Positions 1 to 8,201 are shown, counted from the first letter of the stretch. The stretch: DNA of 64,000 bases from Candidatus Peribacteraceae bacterium (GCA_040081825.1 JBEBFT010000004.1:11523-75522), one strand, 5' to 3'. Translations and numbers: made by a program. The notes: a model not told the origin generated them from the letters alone.

Positions 1-135
1 AAAAAGCGACTCCGGCTCAATGACAATCAATGAATCTGGAGTACGCCGTGCAGCACTGACGATACTCACGACACTATCTCCCTCCTGTGCGATAAAGAGC
101 GTCAGCTGGACCGGTGATGCGTCGGATGAACCCAT
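1..135 (-). CDS. hypothetical protein; only the N-terminal part is in the window (gene runs off the window start)
   Basis: ATG at 135-133 opens a frame (MGSSDASPVQLTLFIAQEGDSVVSIVSAARRTPDSLIVIEPESLF) that stays open to position 1. It lies downstream of pgk on the same strand. No family recognised. Confidence 0.3.
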   Translation of the reverse strand, partial: MGSSDASPVQLTLFIAQEGDSVVSIVSAARRTPDSLIVIEPESLF

Positions 136-223
136 ACTATGACAGTGTACGAATTGTACTCACATCGTACGTGTTATGGTCGGAAACCTGCTTTACAGCG
201 AAACCAATACCCACTACGAAATA

Positions 224-1417
224 CTACTCCTTCAAAAGTTCTAACGATTGAAACTTCTTGCCAGAGATAAACTCAAGCATCGCACCACCACCCATGCTGA
301 CAAACGTATACGCAGACAGTGGAAAATTAAAAGCGTTAAGAAAATCGATCGTATCACCACCGCCAAGAAGGCTGGTAGCACCATTCTCCGTTGCCTTTGC
401 AACTGCTGCAGCAAGTACTTTTGTGCTTTCTGCAAACTGTGCGACCTCGTAGACACCCAGCGGTCCATTCCAGACGATGGTCCTAGAAGAGCGAATAATT
501 TCTACGTACGATTCTATCGACTGGGACCCAAGATCAAAAATAGCACTCCCCTCCTGAATCTGATCGACGGGAACTGATTCTTTTTGTGCATTGTCAGATA
601 ATTCTGCTGCGACGACTGCATCGACCGGCACGTGGATCGTCGCACTGCCCACTCCCCCACTCTGAGCGAGAAGGTCCTTCGCATCTGCCATACCCTCAGC
701 ATCGTACTTGGACGATCCAACCTTGTGTCCCTCGGCAGCGATGAGCGTATTTGCAATACAGCCACCGACTAAAATATGGTCTCCAGATGACAGAAAACGA
801 CGAATCACCGGAACTTTGGTCTCCATTTTTGCACCGGAGACAACCAGCGTCAGAGGGCGCTCTGGCGCATTCAGTACGGCACTCAGGTGCTTCACTTCTT
901 GTTCAAGTGATAATCCCATGTAGCCCGGAATGAGTGCAGGCACACCGATCATGCTCGCATGATCACGATGACAGTTGGTGAATGCATCGTTCACATACAC
1001 ATCACCGAGTGCGGCCAGTTTCCTCGCAAATTCTGGATCATTCTTTTTTTCTTCCTTGTAAAACCGAAGATTCTCGAGAAGTACAACTTCGCCTTTTTTG
1101 GCTTTAGCTACTGCTGATTCAGCTTCCGGTCCAATGCAGTCTGAAACAAAATGTACGGGAACTCTCAATAGTTTTTGTAGAACCGGAACTATAGGCTTCT
1201 GGCTAAATTCTGGGTCAGGACCGTCTTTGGGTCTCCCTTGATGCGCCATGATCACGAGTACTGCACCTGCATCGAGAATATGCTTCATCGTAGGTACGAG
1301 AGCCTCCACGCGAGTGGTATCGGTTACTGTTCCGTCTTTCATCGGAAGGTCGAAGCCGGCACGGAGAAGAACACGTTTTCCTGAAAGGTGAGCAGTAGAA
1401 AGTGTGCGGTACGTCAT
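224..1417 (-). CDS. pgk: phosphoglycerate kinase
   Basis: 397-aa ORF with the typical PGK N-terminus (LSGKRVLLRAGFDLPMKDG..TDTTR) and C-terminal GGGDT/MSHVSTGGGA-like region (SMGGGAMLEF). Confidence 0.95.
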   Translation of the reverse strand: MTYRTLSTAHLSGKRVLLRAGFDLPMKDGTVTDTTRVEALVPTMKHILDAGAVLVIMAHQGRPKDGPDPEFSQKPIVPVLQKLLRVPVHFVSDCIGPEAESAVAKAKKGEVVLLENLRFYKEEKKNDPEFARKLAALGDVYVNDAFTNCHRDHASMIGVPALIPGYMGLSLEQEVKHLSAVLNAPERPLTLVVSGAKMETKVPVIRRFLSSGDHILVGGCIANTLIAAEGHKVGSSKYDAEGMADAKDLLAQSGGVGSATIHVPVDAVVAAELSDNAQKESVPVDQIQEGSAIFDLGSQSIESYVEIIRSSRTIVWNGPLGVYEVAQFAESTKVLAAAVAKATENGATSLLGGGDTIDFLNAFNFPLSAYTFVSMGGGAMLEFISGKKFQSLELLKE

Positions 1418-1509
1418 GGGAGGAGGAGAAGTATGCCGTATGTGATATTAGTATGTGGTATCTAGTATCGAAATACAACGATCACATGAAACAAGGCGAA
1501 ACTGAATAT

Positions 1510-1926
1510 TTATGCGATGTACTCGCGGGTGCCTCCTCCCCACAGGCGGCACCGGGCATCCATCGCGCCATTCACATCCGCATCAAAAAAGTATCCGATG
1601 AGCCTGCCCCCATCATTCACGATCGTATCCACTTTTTTGGATATGGCTGCCGAATCATCCAAACGATCCAGGAGCGGCAGAACCAATGTAATGAATTCAG
1701 GATGAACGATGTATCCCCTTCTCTCTAGTACGAACATTTCTGAGAGTCGTAGCTCCAGCTCCTCCCGTGTACGCGTTCGATAATACTGGAAATCGAGATC
1801 ACTCCCCTGCTGCCTGAGGTAAGCGTTCCACTTGGATCTACACTGGAGAACGCAGACGGGCCCGATCAAGCCAACGACAGTACGCGTATTCATGTTAGAA
1901 TTCTCGCCGATGCTCACCACGATCAC
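1510..1926 (-). CDS. short protein resembling only the N-terminal substrate-binding domain of shikimate dehydrogenase (degenerate)
   Basis: 138 aa. VVGLIGPV... and KVDTIVNDGGRLIGYFFDADVNG resemble the AroE GxxGxPI and AVNT...G.L.G.NTD.G blocks. The Rossmann domain is absent and the catalytic-type Lys/Asn positions appear substituted. Alignment is from memory. Confidence 0.35.
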   Translation of the reverse strand: MIVVSIGENSNMNTRTVVGLIGPVCVLQCRSKWNAYLRQQGSDLDFQYYRTRTREELELRLSEMFVLERRGYIVHPEFITLVLPLLDRLDDSAAISKKVDTIVNDGGRLIGYFFDADVNGAMDARCRLWGGGTREYIA

Positions 1927-2932
1927 AAGCGCGTTTCTCCTGACAGTCGCTGGCTACCTGTTTGCCCTCAAGCTCTTTCCTGCAATCGGGCTCCTGGACT
2001 TCCCTGAACGCTACGGCCTCACACGCACTCGACTCCCCTACCCCGCGGGGTGCATCGCTATCCTCGTATTTGTCATCGTCTTTGCAACTATTGATCATGA
2101 CATCACCAAACAGATCGGAGTACTGGCTGCAATCGTCATCCTCGGAGTCGTTTCATTTCTCGATGACCGCTCTCCCCTCCCCTCGTGGGTCCGGCTCATG
2201 TCGCAGATCACGGTAGCGGTACTCGTGTTCATTGCAGGCGCCCGCATCTACACCATCACGAGCCCAATGGGCGGTATTCTGAAACTGGACGAGTGGATTC
2301 TGACACTTGGTTCGTATGGTTCCTTCCCGATTCTCGGCGGCATTTTTAGCGTGCTCTGGATCCTACTGACGATCAATGCGATGAACTGGTTCGATGGAGT
2401 GCCGGGGCAAGTGCATGTCATCTCGACGATCGGTTTCGTGATGATCGGCTGTCTGGCGTATTTTCGAAACGGCGAAACCACAGTCACAGAAATCGCGTTT
2501 GTACTCGCCTCTATCAGTGCTGCGGGACTGCTCTTTGATTTTCCGCCACACCGCATGCTGATCGGTGATACGGGTGCAATGTTTTTTGGTTTCATGTTGG
2601 GGGTTCTAGGGATCTACGAGGGCGGCAAAGTGGCAACGGCGTTTCTAGCGGTGGGTTTGCCACTGATCGATGCCGCAATTGTCATCGTGCGTCGGCTCAT
2701 GAAAAGACAGTCCCCGTTCCAGGGTGGACGGGATCATCTGCATCACTTGCTACTCGATCGCGGTTGGCACCCGAGAGCAATCATTCTTCTCACCGCATGC
2801 ATCGGTGCTCTCTTCGGAGTCACGGCACTGTTCCTAGGCACGACCGAAAAGGGAATCGCACTGATTCTTCTGGCACTCTTCATTCTGGGACTGATCCGCT
2901 ATGCATCGAGGCCTCTCGCAAAAAATCGATGA
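1892..2932 (+). CDS. polyprenyl-phosphate N-acetylhexosamine-1-phosphate transferase (MraY/WecA glycosyltransferase family 4, WecA/TagO-like)
   Basis: Multi-pass membrane ORF with NAMNWFDGVPGQ (NxxNxxDGxDG motif) and C-terminal GGRDHLHHLLLDRGW. The ORF opens at 1832, but ATG 1892 or 1910 avoids overlap with the upstream gene, so the start is uncertain. Confidence 0.8.
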   Translation: MLEFSPMLTTITSAFLLTVAGYLFALKLFPAIGLLDFPERYGLTRTRLPYPAGCIAILVFVIVFATIDHDITKQIGVLAAIVILGVVSFLDDRSPLPSWVRLMSQITVAVLVFIAGARIYTITSPMGGILKLDEWILTLGSYGSFPILGGIFSVLWILLTINAMNWFDGVPGQVHVISTIGFVMIGCLAYFRNGETTVTEIAFVLASISAAGLLFDFPPHRMLIGDTGAMFFGFMLGVLGIYEGGKVATAFLAVGLPLIDAAIVIVRRLMKRQSPFQGGRDHLHHLLLDRGWHPRAIILLTACIGALFGVTALFLGTTEKGIALILLALFILGLIRYASRPLAKNR

Positions 2933-3075
2933 AGCTCCACCTGGCTTAGCAGGTGGTTTCACTTGATACACCTTCGGTGTCGTACGCGGAATCTCGCCGT
3001 AGCACGCATATTCAAAGTTTAAAGAATTCTTCCACTGCCTCACAGCAGTAGCTTCTTGCGAAGGCGGATAACCGA

Positions 3076-4602
3076 CTATCTGCCCGCAACCATCGGAGCG
3101 CTCTCGGTTTCGAAGGCGCCACGTGTCACGAAATAGACTGTCTTCTGTCCGCGAGCGAGCACATCAACTGTCGCAATCCCCTGGCGAAACTCTGCAGCTG
3201 TCAGGACATCCGGACGGATTTCAGCGTCTCCAAATTCTGGACGGATGTACAACTTGCCATCGAAATTCACGTTCTTCACCAATTGTCCGTAACGATCGAC
3301 AGCACGTAGTGTGACCTTCTGCCAGCCAGATTCGACTTTGCCAGAGTGCGTGAGCTCAATCTGGGCAACCGTGTTCGTCTCGTTGCCAACAGTGCCTGAA
3401 ATGGCAGTACTGGGGATCGTTCCCTGAGCGACGATGCTCTGAATGGTTGCAGTCGTAGCAGTCGCGCGTGTCCGTGACTTGGCAGATGCTGATCTGCTAA
3501 TGAGTCGAGATGTTCTGGATGATGCGAGCGACTGACGAGTGGCAACGCGACTTCGTGATACAGGAGCCGCAGAGCGAAGTGCGCTACTACTACTGGTGCC
3601 ACTCGCTACTACTCCATTCAGTGCTGCATTTCCATTCGTAGCAAGTGCAGAACCACGATAACCCTGAAACGACTGCACTAGAAGAATGGGGCTCTTGGAA
3701 TACAGTACTGCTTGATTCTGATTTAAGCCCGCGTTCACAGCCTGCACAAATGACATCTTGGCACTAGAAGCTTCAGTAGAAGTGAATGGCCAATAGGGGT
3801 GATATGGTGCAGTCTCGGAATCGATCTGGAAGTGCAGGTGCGGACCACTTGCAAATCCCGTCTTGCCTGAACGAGCAATGAGCTCTCCTTTCGTCACGAT
3901 CTGCCCTTCTCGTACCAACGCAGCACTCAAGTGAGCGTATGTTGCAAAGTAGGTAGACGTGCCGTCATCAGCTGCACTGTCTAGGACGTTGGGGTACCTA
4001 ACAAGAATGTATGTTCCAAAGCCTCCATTCTGGACGGAAACTTTTTGAATGACGCCATTCGCAACAGAGCGAATAGGTGTACCGACGGGAACGCGGATAT
4101 CCACTCCATTGTGACTACCACTATTGTCATCCCCTGACTCGTAGCTGCTCAGATGTCCCATGCTGTAGGTGAGCTGTGCGAGGGAACGCGTCTCGTATGG
4201 AATATTCTCGAGATTCTTCATTTCAGATGCACGGTAAGCAGGAAGAGGAACAAGGAGGTCGCGAGGGACAGAGCTATACGTATGCTCCTCAGCACTGCCA
4301 CCGTACTCTGCCCAACGACGATAGTCGGGAACTAATTCGACTGGAGTCACCATGCCATCGAAGACGATGAGTGTGTCACTCTCCTCCCCTAGCACCATAT
4401 GCCAAAAAGCATACAAGCCGTGCTGGCCAACCATGTTCCCAAGCACAAACGCAGTAACTGTAAAGATCGCAACTGTGAATGAAAGCTTCTCACGAGCGAC
4501 TGAAAAGAGATGAGGCTTTCGATAGCGATAGAGTGACCGAGCCGAGAATCCTGTGCGTTTTCGTGACATTGTGGTGTAGGGTGTGTATGAGTGTTTATAC
4601 AA
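3076..4602 (-). CDS. membrane-anchored M23 (LytM-type) peptidase with a Ser/Ala/Thr-rich linker and a C-terminal domain
   Basis: HNGVDIRVPVGTPIRSVANGVI ... GFASGPHLHFQID match the M23 HxxxD and HxH motifs. There is an N-terminal TM helix and a low-complexity SSSSALRSAAPVSRS linker. Confidence 0.85.
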   Translation of the reverse strand: MYKHSYTPYTTMSRKRTGFSARSLYRYRKPHLFSVAREKLSFTVAIFTVTAFVLGNMVGQHGLYAFWHMVLGEESDTLIVFDGMVTPVELVPDYRRWAEYGGSAEEHTYSSVPRDLLVPLPAYRASEMKNLENIPYETRSLAQLTYSMGHLSSYESGDDNSGSHNGVDIRVPVGTPIRSVANGVIQKVSVQNGGFGTYILVRYPNVLDSAADDGTSTYFATYAHLSAALVREGQIVTKGELIARSGKTGFASGPHLHFQIDSETAPYHPYWPFTSTEASSAKMSFVQAVNAGLNQNQAVLYSKSPILLVQSFQGYRGSALATNGNAALNGVVASGTSSSSALRSAAPVSRSRVATRQSLASSRTSRLISRSASAKSRTRATATTATIQSIVAQGTIPSTAISGTVGNETNTVAQIELTHSGKVESGWQKVTLRAVDRYGQLVKNVNFDGKLYIRPEFGDAEIRPDVLTAAEFRQGIATVDVLARGQKTVYFVTRGAFETESAPMVAGR

Positions 4603-4623
4603 TTATAATATATTTTAGATTCA

Positions 4624-5625
4624 ATGTCAAACCTCGATCAATATACGATTTACGTGCCCTCTGACCAAAAAATGAGGCTTTTGGGAGCGTCTCTAGCCCA
4701 CTCCCTGTACCGCCCTCGTCTGACAATCGATCTGGTTGGTGATCTGGGTGCAGGCAAGACGACGTTCGTACAGGGGCTCGCACATGGGTTAAGAATCGAA
4801 ACTCCAGTCACCAGCCCAACGTTTGCTCTGGAAGAACGGCACGACGACAGGCTTTGTCACATCGATCTCTGTCGACTGAACAAGGAAGCGAGTGAACAAC
4901 TGCTTAGGCACTCCGATGACTTCCCGGGCATTCGCGTGATCGAATGGGCGAACAGGAGTACTGCTCACGATGCGGATCTTCGTATCACGATTGATGATGT
5001 TGGAAATGATGCGAGACGCATTACCATCGAATGTCGAGACGTAGCGATCCCGACAGATCAAGAAATCCATGCTCTCTGGGACGAAGTCGCACTGCCGCAA
5101 CATATCCGAAATCACATCACGCAAGTGTCGCTCGTCACAGAGAAAGTCTGCAAGGATTTGCTGAGACAGTGCCGTGCTGTGCGTCCTCGTGCTGTGCGTG
5201 CTGCTGCACTACTACATGATCTCCTTCGTTTCGTTGATTTCCGATCGATGCAGGGAGATGAATATTTTATTCCCGACGCACGCACGACTGCTGTGTGGCA
5301 GAAAATGAAAGAACAATTCGGGACACCGCATGAGCCAGCTGCAGCGCGGCTACTCACAGAACAGGGTTTTCCAGACATTGCTCGCATTGTCTCGACCCAT
5401 CGAGGAAAGAGTGAGGACGATCTGATGCATACAACGATCGAACAGCAGGTGCTCGCGTATGCGGACAAACGAGTGGATCTCGACAAAATAGTGAGCTTAG
5501 ACGAACGATTTCACTCACTGATTGATCGACATCAGAAAAACGCGAGTGACCCCAAGGAACTCGCATGGCAAGAATCGATGCGTCTCCTAGAGCGCAATCT
5601 ACTGCCCGATGGTCTAGATCTCTAA
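4624..5625 (+). CDS. tsaE: TsaE (t6A biosynthesis ATPase) fused to a C-terminal HD-domain phosphohydrolase
   Basis: The N-terminal ~150 aa carry the P-loop GDLGAGKTTFVQGLAHGL plus SPTFAL. The C-terminal ~180 aa carry an HD signature (AALLHDLLRF ... STHRG). Confidence 0.8.
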   Translation: MSNLDQYTIYVPSDQKMRLLGASLAHSLYRPRLTIDLVGDLGAGKTTFVQGLAHGLRIETPVTSPTFALEERHDDRLCHIDLCRLNKEASEQLLRHSDDFPGIRVIEWANRSTAHDADLRITIDDVGNDARRITIECRDVAIPTDQEIHALWDEVALPQHIRNHITQVSLVTEKVCKDLLRQCRAVRPRAVRAAALLHDLLRFVDFRSMQGDEYFIPDARTTAVWQKMKEQFGTPHEPAAARLLTEQGFPDIARIVSTHRGKSEDDLMHTTIEQQVLAYADKRVDLDKIVSLDERFHSLIDRHQKNASDPKELAWQESMRLLERNLLPDGLDL

Positions 5626-6206
5626 AGCGATAGATTCAGTTCCTCTGCGATAATCAGAGAGACACTGTGACCATTCTGAGCAACGAACGGGACAGCGATG
5701 AGAAGCAGTATGAGTGTTACAACAATCGTGATGAGAGACCACTTCTCAACACGCGTGAAAGATTGATCGATGTCTGGATGTGGACTATGCATGTACTCGT
5801 GAATATTCATGCCAACGACGACTGCATGCTGGAGAATGCTTGTCTCAGGAATCAGCATGCCGAGAGCACGCACAATCGTAAGCTGAGAACGCATCAGACC
5901 GCTGACGGAAGAAAGTAAGAATGTATGGTGAAGATAGACTGCAAACGTGATCGCAGTGAGCAAGAGTGCGATATCCGAAGCGCTCTCCAGCAACACAGCC
6001 TTCAGTGTGCGCAGCGTGGAATATCCATGTACTTCACGATACTTCACGATGTCCAAACTCATGTGCAGGACAATGAGAAGAAGAAACCAACCCAGACTGA
6101 GTAGTGCTGCGGCGAGAATAGTTCCCACCAAATACACAGCAGTAAATGCTGGCATGTCATCATGCTCGTGCGCGAAAGTGCGAAAATATTGAAGAGGGAG
6201 GTGCAT
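5622..6206 (-). CDS. hypothetical multi-pass membrane protein
   Basis: 194-aa ORF with about 5 hydrophobic helices. Its 3' end overlaps the stop of the tsaE-HD gene by 4 nt (convergent). No family recognised. Confidence 0.5.
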   Translation of the reverse strand: MHLPLQYFRTFAHEHDDMPAFTAVYLVGTILAAALLSLGWFLLLIVLHMSLDIVKYREVHGYSTLRTLKAVLLESASDIALLLTAITFAVYLHHTFLLSSVSGLMRSQLTIVRALGMLIPETSILQHAVVVGMNIHEYMHSPHPDIDQSFTRVEKWSLITIVVTLILLLIAVPFVAQNGHSVSLIIAEELNLSL

Positions 6207-6264
6207 GTGTGTTTTAATTACTATAACACATATTTTATGTTAGTGCAATTCCCCTTTTTGGCTA

Positions 6265-6969
6265 TTACCAGCGGAAGATCGTGAAGTCAGTATCACGATC
6301 GTACTGATCCAGAGACTCCTGACGTTTAAGGAAGCCTACGACTCGGTATGTGACTGGTGTGAAGAGTACTTCGATCAGCACTTTGAAGATGTAGTTTGAG
6401 AGGATGAGACTGACTGCGATCTCCCACGGGAATACTCCTAGTACGCAGGCGATGAGGACAAATGTTGTCGTATCGACTGCCTGTCCGAAGAGTGTGGAGC
6501 CGATCGTGCGCATCCAGAGCATGCGACCCTGCATCGCTATCTTCATTTTCGCGAGGACAAAAGAGTTGCTGAACGCTCCGAAGAGAAACGCAACAAGACT
6601 CGCGACCATGATACTGCCGCTTGCGACACCCCCCAGAATGGAACTGAACGCTGCGTCGCCTGCATATCCCTGCCAAGCGGATTCACCGGGCATAGCGCTC
6701 ACAAGTGCCAAAGACACACTCATGAGTGCGAGTGAGAAAAACCCGAGCCAGATCACACGCCGTGCGCGGGCATAGCCATATACTTCAGTCAGTACGTCTC
6801 CGAAGATGTAGCTGATCGGAAAAAGCAGTGTGCCCGCATCGAAACTAAGACGCAGACCCAGCAAACCTACACCCCAATCGATGATTTTCGCGGACGACGC
6901 AACATTGCTCGTGAGGATCACAGCAACGAAGAGTGCGACGATGGCATCGAAATAGCGATATGTTTTCAT
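6265..6969 (-). CDS. yhhQ: queuosine-precursor transporter (YhhQ/DUF165 family)
   Basis: 234-aa polytopic membrane protein with FPISYIFGDVLTEVYGY and a C-terminal VDTTTFVLIA block typical of YhhQ. Confidence 0.85.
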   Translation of the reverse strand: MKTYRYFDAIVALFVAVILTSNVASSAKIIDWGVGLLGLRLSFDAGTLLFPISYIFGDVLTEVYGYARARRVIWLGFFSLALMSVSLALVSAMPGESAWQGYAGDAAFSSILGGVASGSIMVASLVAFLFGAFSNSFVLAKMKIAMQGRMLWMRTIGSTLFGQAVDTTTFVLIACVLGVFPWEIAVSLILSNYIFKVLIEVLFTPVTYRVVGFLKRQESLDQYDRDTDFTIFRW

Positions 6970-6996
6970 CCTGCATAGGATACAGAAAATCGACGG

Positions 6997-7128
6997 TTAG
7001 TTGAAGTATGCCAGTGTTTCTCCAATCTCTGATTCGCTCAACCTCATCGCGCGCTCCCGAGCTTCCTGCATTTGAATGAGTAAACGAGCATGCGCATTTT
7101 GCTGGTTTCGCTGCTCCTTGGTCATCAT
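6997..7128 (-). CDS. candidate 43-aa small protein upstream of yhhQ
   Basis: Not in the ORF track (<60 aa). ATGATG start at 7128, TAA stop at 6999-6997, translation MMTKEQRNQQNAHARLLIQMQEARERAMRLSESEIGETLAYFN. A GGAG lies 8 nt upstream of the ATG. The ORF ends 27 nt before the yhhQ start. Confidence 0.3.
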   Translation of the reverse strand: MMTKEQRNQQNAHARLLIQMQEARERAMRLSESEIGETLAYFN

Positions 7129-7197
7129 TGGAACTCCAATGAGAGAACGCGGTCCTGTCGGGTAGTGTGTGAACATTTGAAATAGGTAGTAATAAAT

Positions 7198-7225
7198 AAA
7201 AAAACCTCTTCCAGATCGGGAGAGG
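7198..7225 (-). terminator. intrinsic terminator (8-bp stem, 5-nt loop, U7 tract) on the minus strand
   Basis: Minus-strand RNA is CCUCUCCC-GAUCU-GGAAGAGG followed by UUUUUUUAUUUAUU. It lies upstream of the 43-codon ORF and yhhQ, which is a leader position, not an end-of-operon position. Confidence 0.6.
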
Positions 7226-7254
7226 CGGATGAATGCGTTGATCTCTCGATCACT

Positions 7255-7359
7255 CTACGCACTCACGACCTCTCCCCTGCTAAAGAAGCAGAAGAAAGAG
7301 AACGTAAATGTGGAAGAGTGAGAAATCACGCGGGCAGAATCTACGCGAAAATGCCGCAA
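7255..7359 (-). promoter_or_regulatory. candidate leader peptide ORF (34 codons from TTG 7359, or 24 from GTG 7329) inside an attenuator-like leader
   Basis: Translation is MRHFRVDSARVISHSSTFTFSFFCFFSRGEVVSA, with TAG at 7257-7255. It overlaps the complementary segments 7318-7312 and 7277-7269, which can pair with each other or with the arms of the terminator. Confidence 0.3.
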
Positions 7360-7427
7360 CGAGTCAAATCTGGATAATCAGTTGCCCTGTTCAAAGTGAT
7401 TATTATCGTCTATCGTGTCCGTCAGTC

Positions 7428-7503
7428 CGGGACGTAGCTCAGTTGGTAGAGCGCCTGGTTTGGGACCAGGAGGCCGCGAGTTCGAGTCCCGCCGTCCCGA
7501 CCA
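7428..7503 (+). tRNA. tRNA-Pro (anticodon UGG), CCA encoded
   Basis: Cloverleaf read by eye: acceptor CGGGACG/CGTCCCG, D arm GCTC-AGTTGGTA-GAGC, anticodon arm CCTGG-TTTGGGA-CCAGG, T loop TTCGAGT, then ACCA. Confidence 0.95.
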
Positions 7504-7724
7504 CTTCTCGCTACGCTCGAAGTGACAAAGAATCCCTATGATAGGACGAGAAGCCTGTCCTGAGCGAGCCCCGAGCTTGCGAGGGGCGAGTCGAAGGAAG
7601 TCCCGCCGTCCCGACCACTTCTCGCTACGCTCGAAGTGACAACGAATCCCTATGATAGGACGAGAAGCCTGTCCTGAGCGAGCTTGCGAGGGGCGAGTCG
7701 AAGGAAGTCCCGCCGTCCCGACCA
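7504..7724 (+). repeat. two tandem cassettes (114 and 107 bp), each ending in a 19-nt copy of the tRNA-Pro 3' end
   Basis: AGTCCCGCCGTCCCGACCA occurs at 7485-7503 (the tRNA), 7599-7617 and 7706-7724. The two units differ by one A/C substitution and a 7-nt indel. Confidence 0.9.
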
Positions 7725-7730
7725 TATCCA

Positions 7731-8201
7731 ATGAACGCCAATCTCTCTTGTAGGCAAACTGTCGTGCTTGCTGTTCTTTGTTTGTCATTTGCAAGCTGCG
7801 CTCACTCTACTGATCCTGAGGAATCAGGATTACGCATCCCAAGGTCAGGTAGTGCACTGCTCTCATCTGTGGAAGCCTATGCAACTCAGCAATATAGAGA
7901 ACAGGAAGCGAGCGGGCGCTCTGCATGTAGCGGCATCCTCTATGGATATGACGACCAGTACGTCCATACCTGGATGCTCTGCGAAAATTTTTCTGATACT
8001 ACTGTCATCAGTGCGTACAGTTCCCCTGTCCGATTCACTCGTTCGAAAGAAGGGATCATCATCGGCATGGAGAGACCCAAAGATGGCGTCTTCTTTCAGG
8101 AATCCGTAGAAAGCCTCTTTCCCGCCAGCATCGTCACTCACCTGCAACCATCGAACATAGAGATAGATAGGCTAGAGAAGCGAAATAGAGTAAACAGATA
8201 A
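7731..8201 (+). CDS. putative lipoprotein, function unknown
   Basis: 156 aa. The N-terminal signal has a lipobox-like LSFASC. Confidence 0.5.
   Translation: MNANLSCRQTVVLAVLCLSFASCAHSTDPEESGLRIPRSGSALLSSVEAYATQQYREQEASGRSACSGILYGYDDQYVHTWMLCENFSDTTVISAYSSPVRFTRSKEGIIIGMERPKDGVFFQESVESLFPASIVTHLQPSNIEIDRLEKRNRVNR

Noticed and set aside
7129-7225. preQ1 riboswitch in front of yhhQ, which is a common association.
   Set aside because: The hairpin is followed by a U-rich tail, not an A-rich one, and does not match the preQ1-I pattern I recall (short stem, CCC-containing loop, A-rich tail with CUAAGG-like end). I could not recognise preQ1-II or preQ1-III either. An Rfam scan is still advisable.
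7226-7420. SRP (4.5S) RNA, because of the GAAGCAG/CTGC elements.
   Set aside because: There is no GNRA-capped helix 8 with the conserved GGAAGCAGC/AGCA asymmetric-loop pattern on either strand.
7504-7724. Possible CRISPR array or CRISPR-like repeat-spacer structure.
   Set aside because: There are only two units. They are about 110 bp long and almost fully identical to each other, so there are no unique spacers. No cas genes are in the window.
7378-7794. 138-aa minus-strand ORF from the track (and the 77-aa plus-strand ORF 7308..7541).
   Set aside because: Both run straight through tRNA-Pro(UGG) and the two tandem cassettes. The internally repeated peptide (HFERSEKWSGRRD twice) is just the translated DNA repeat.
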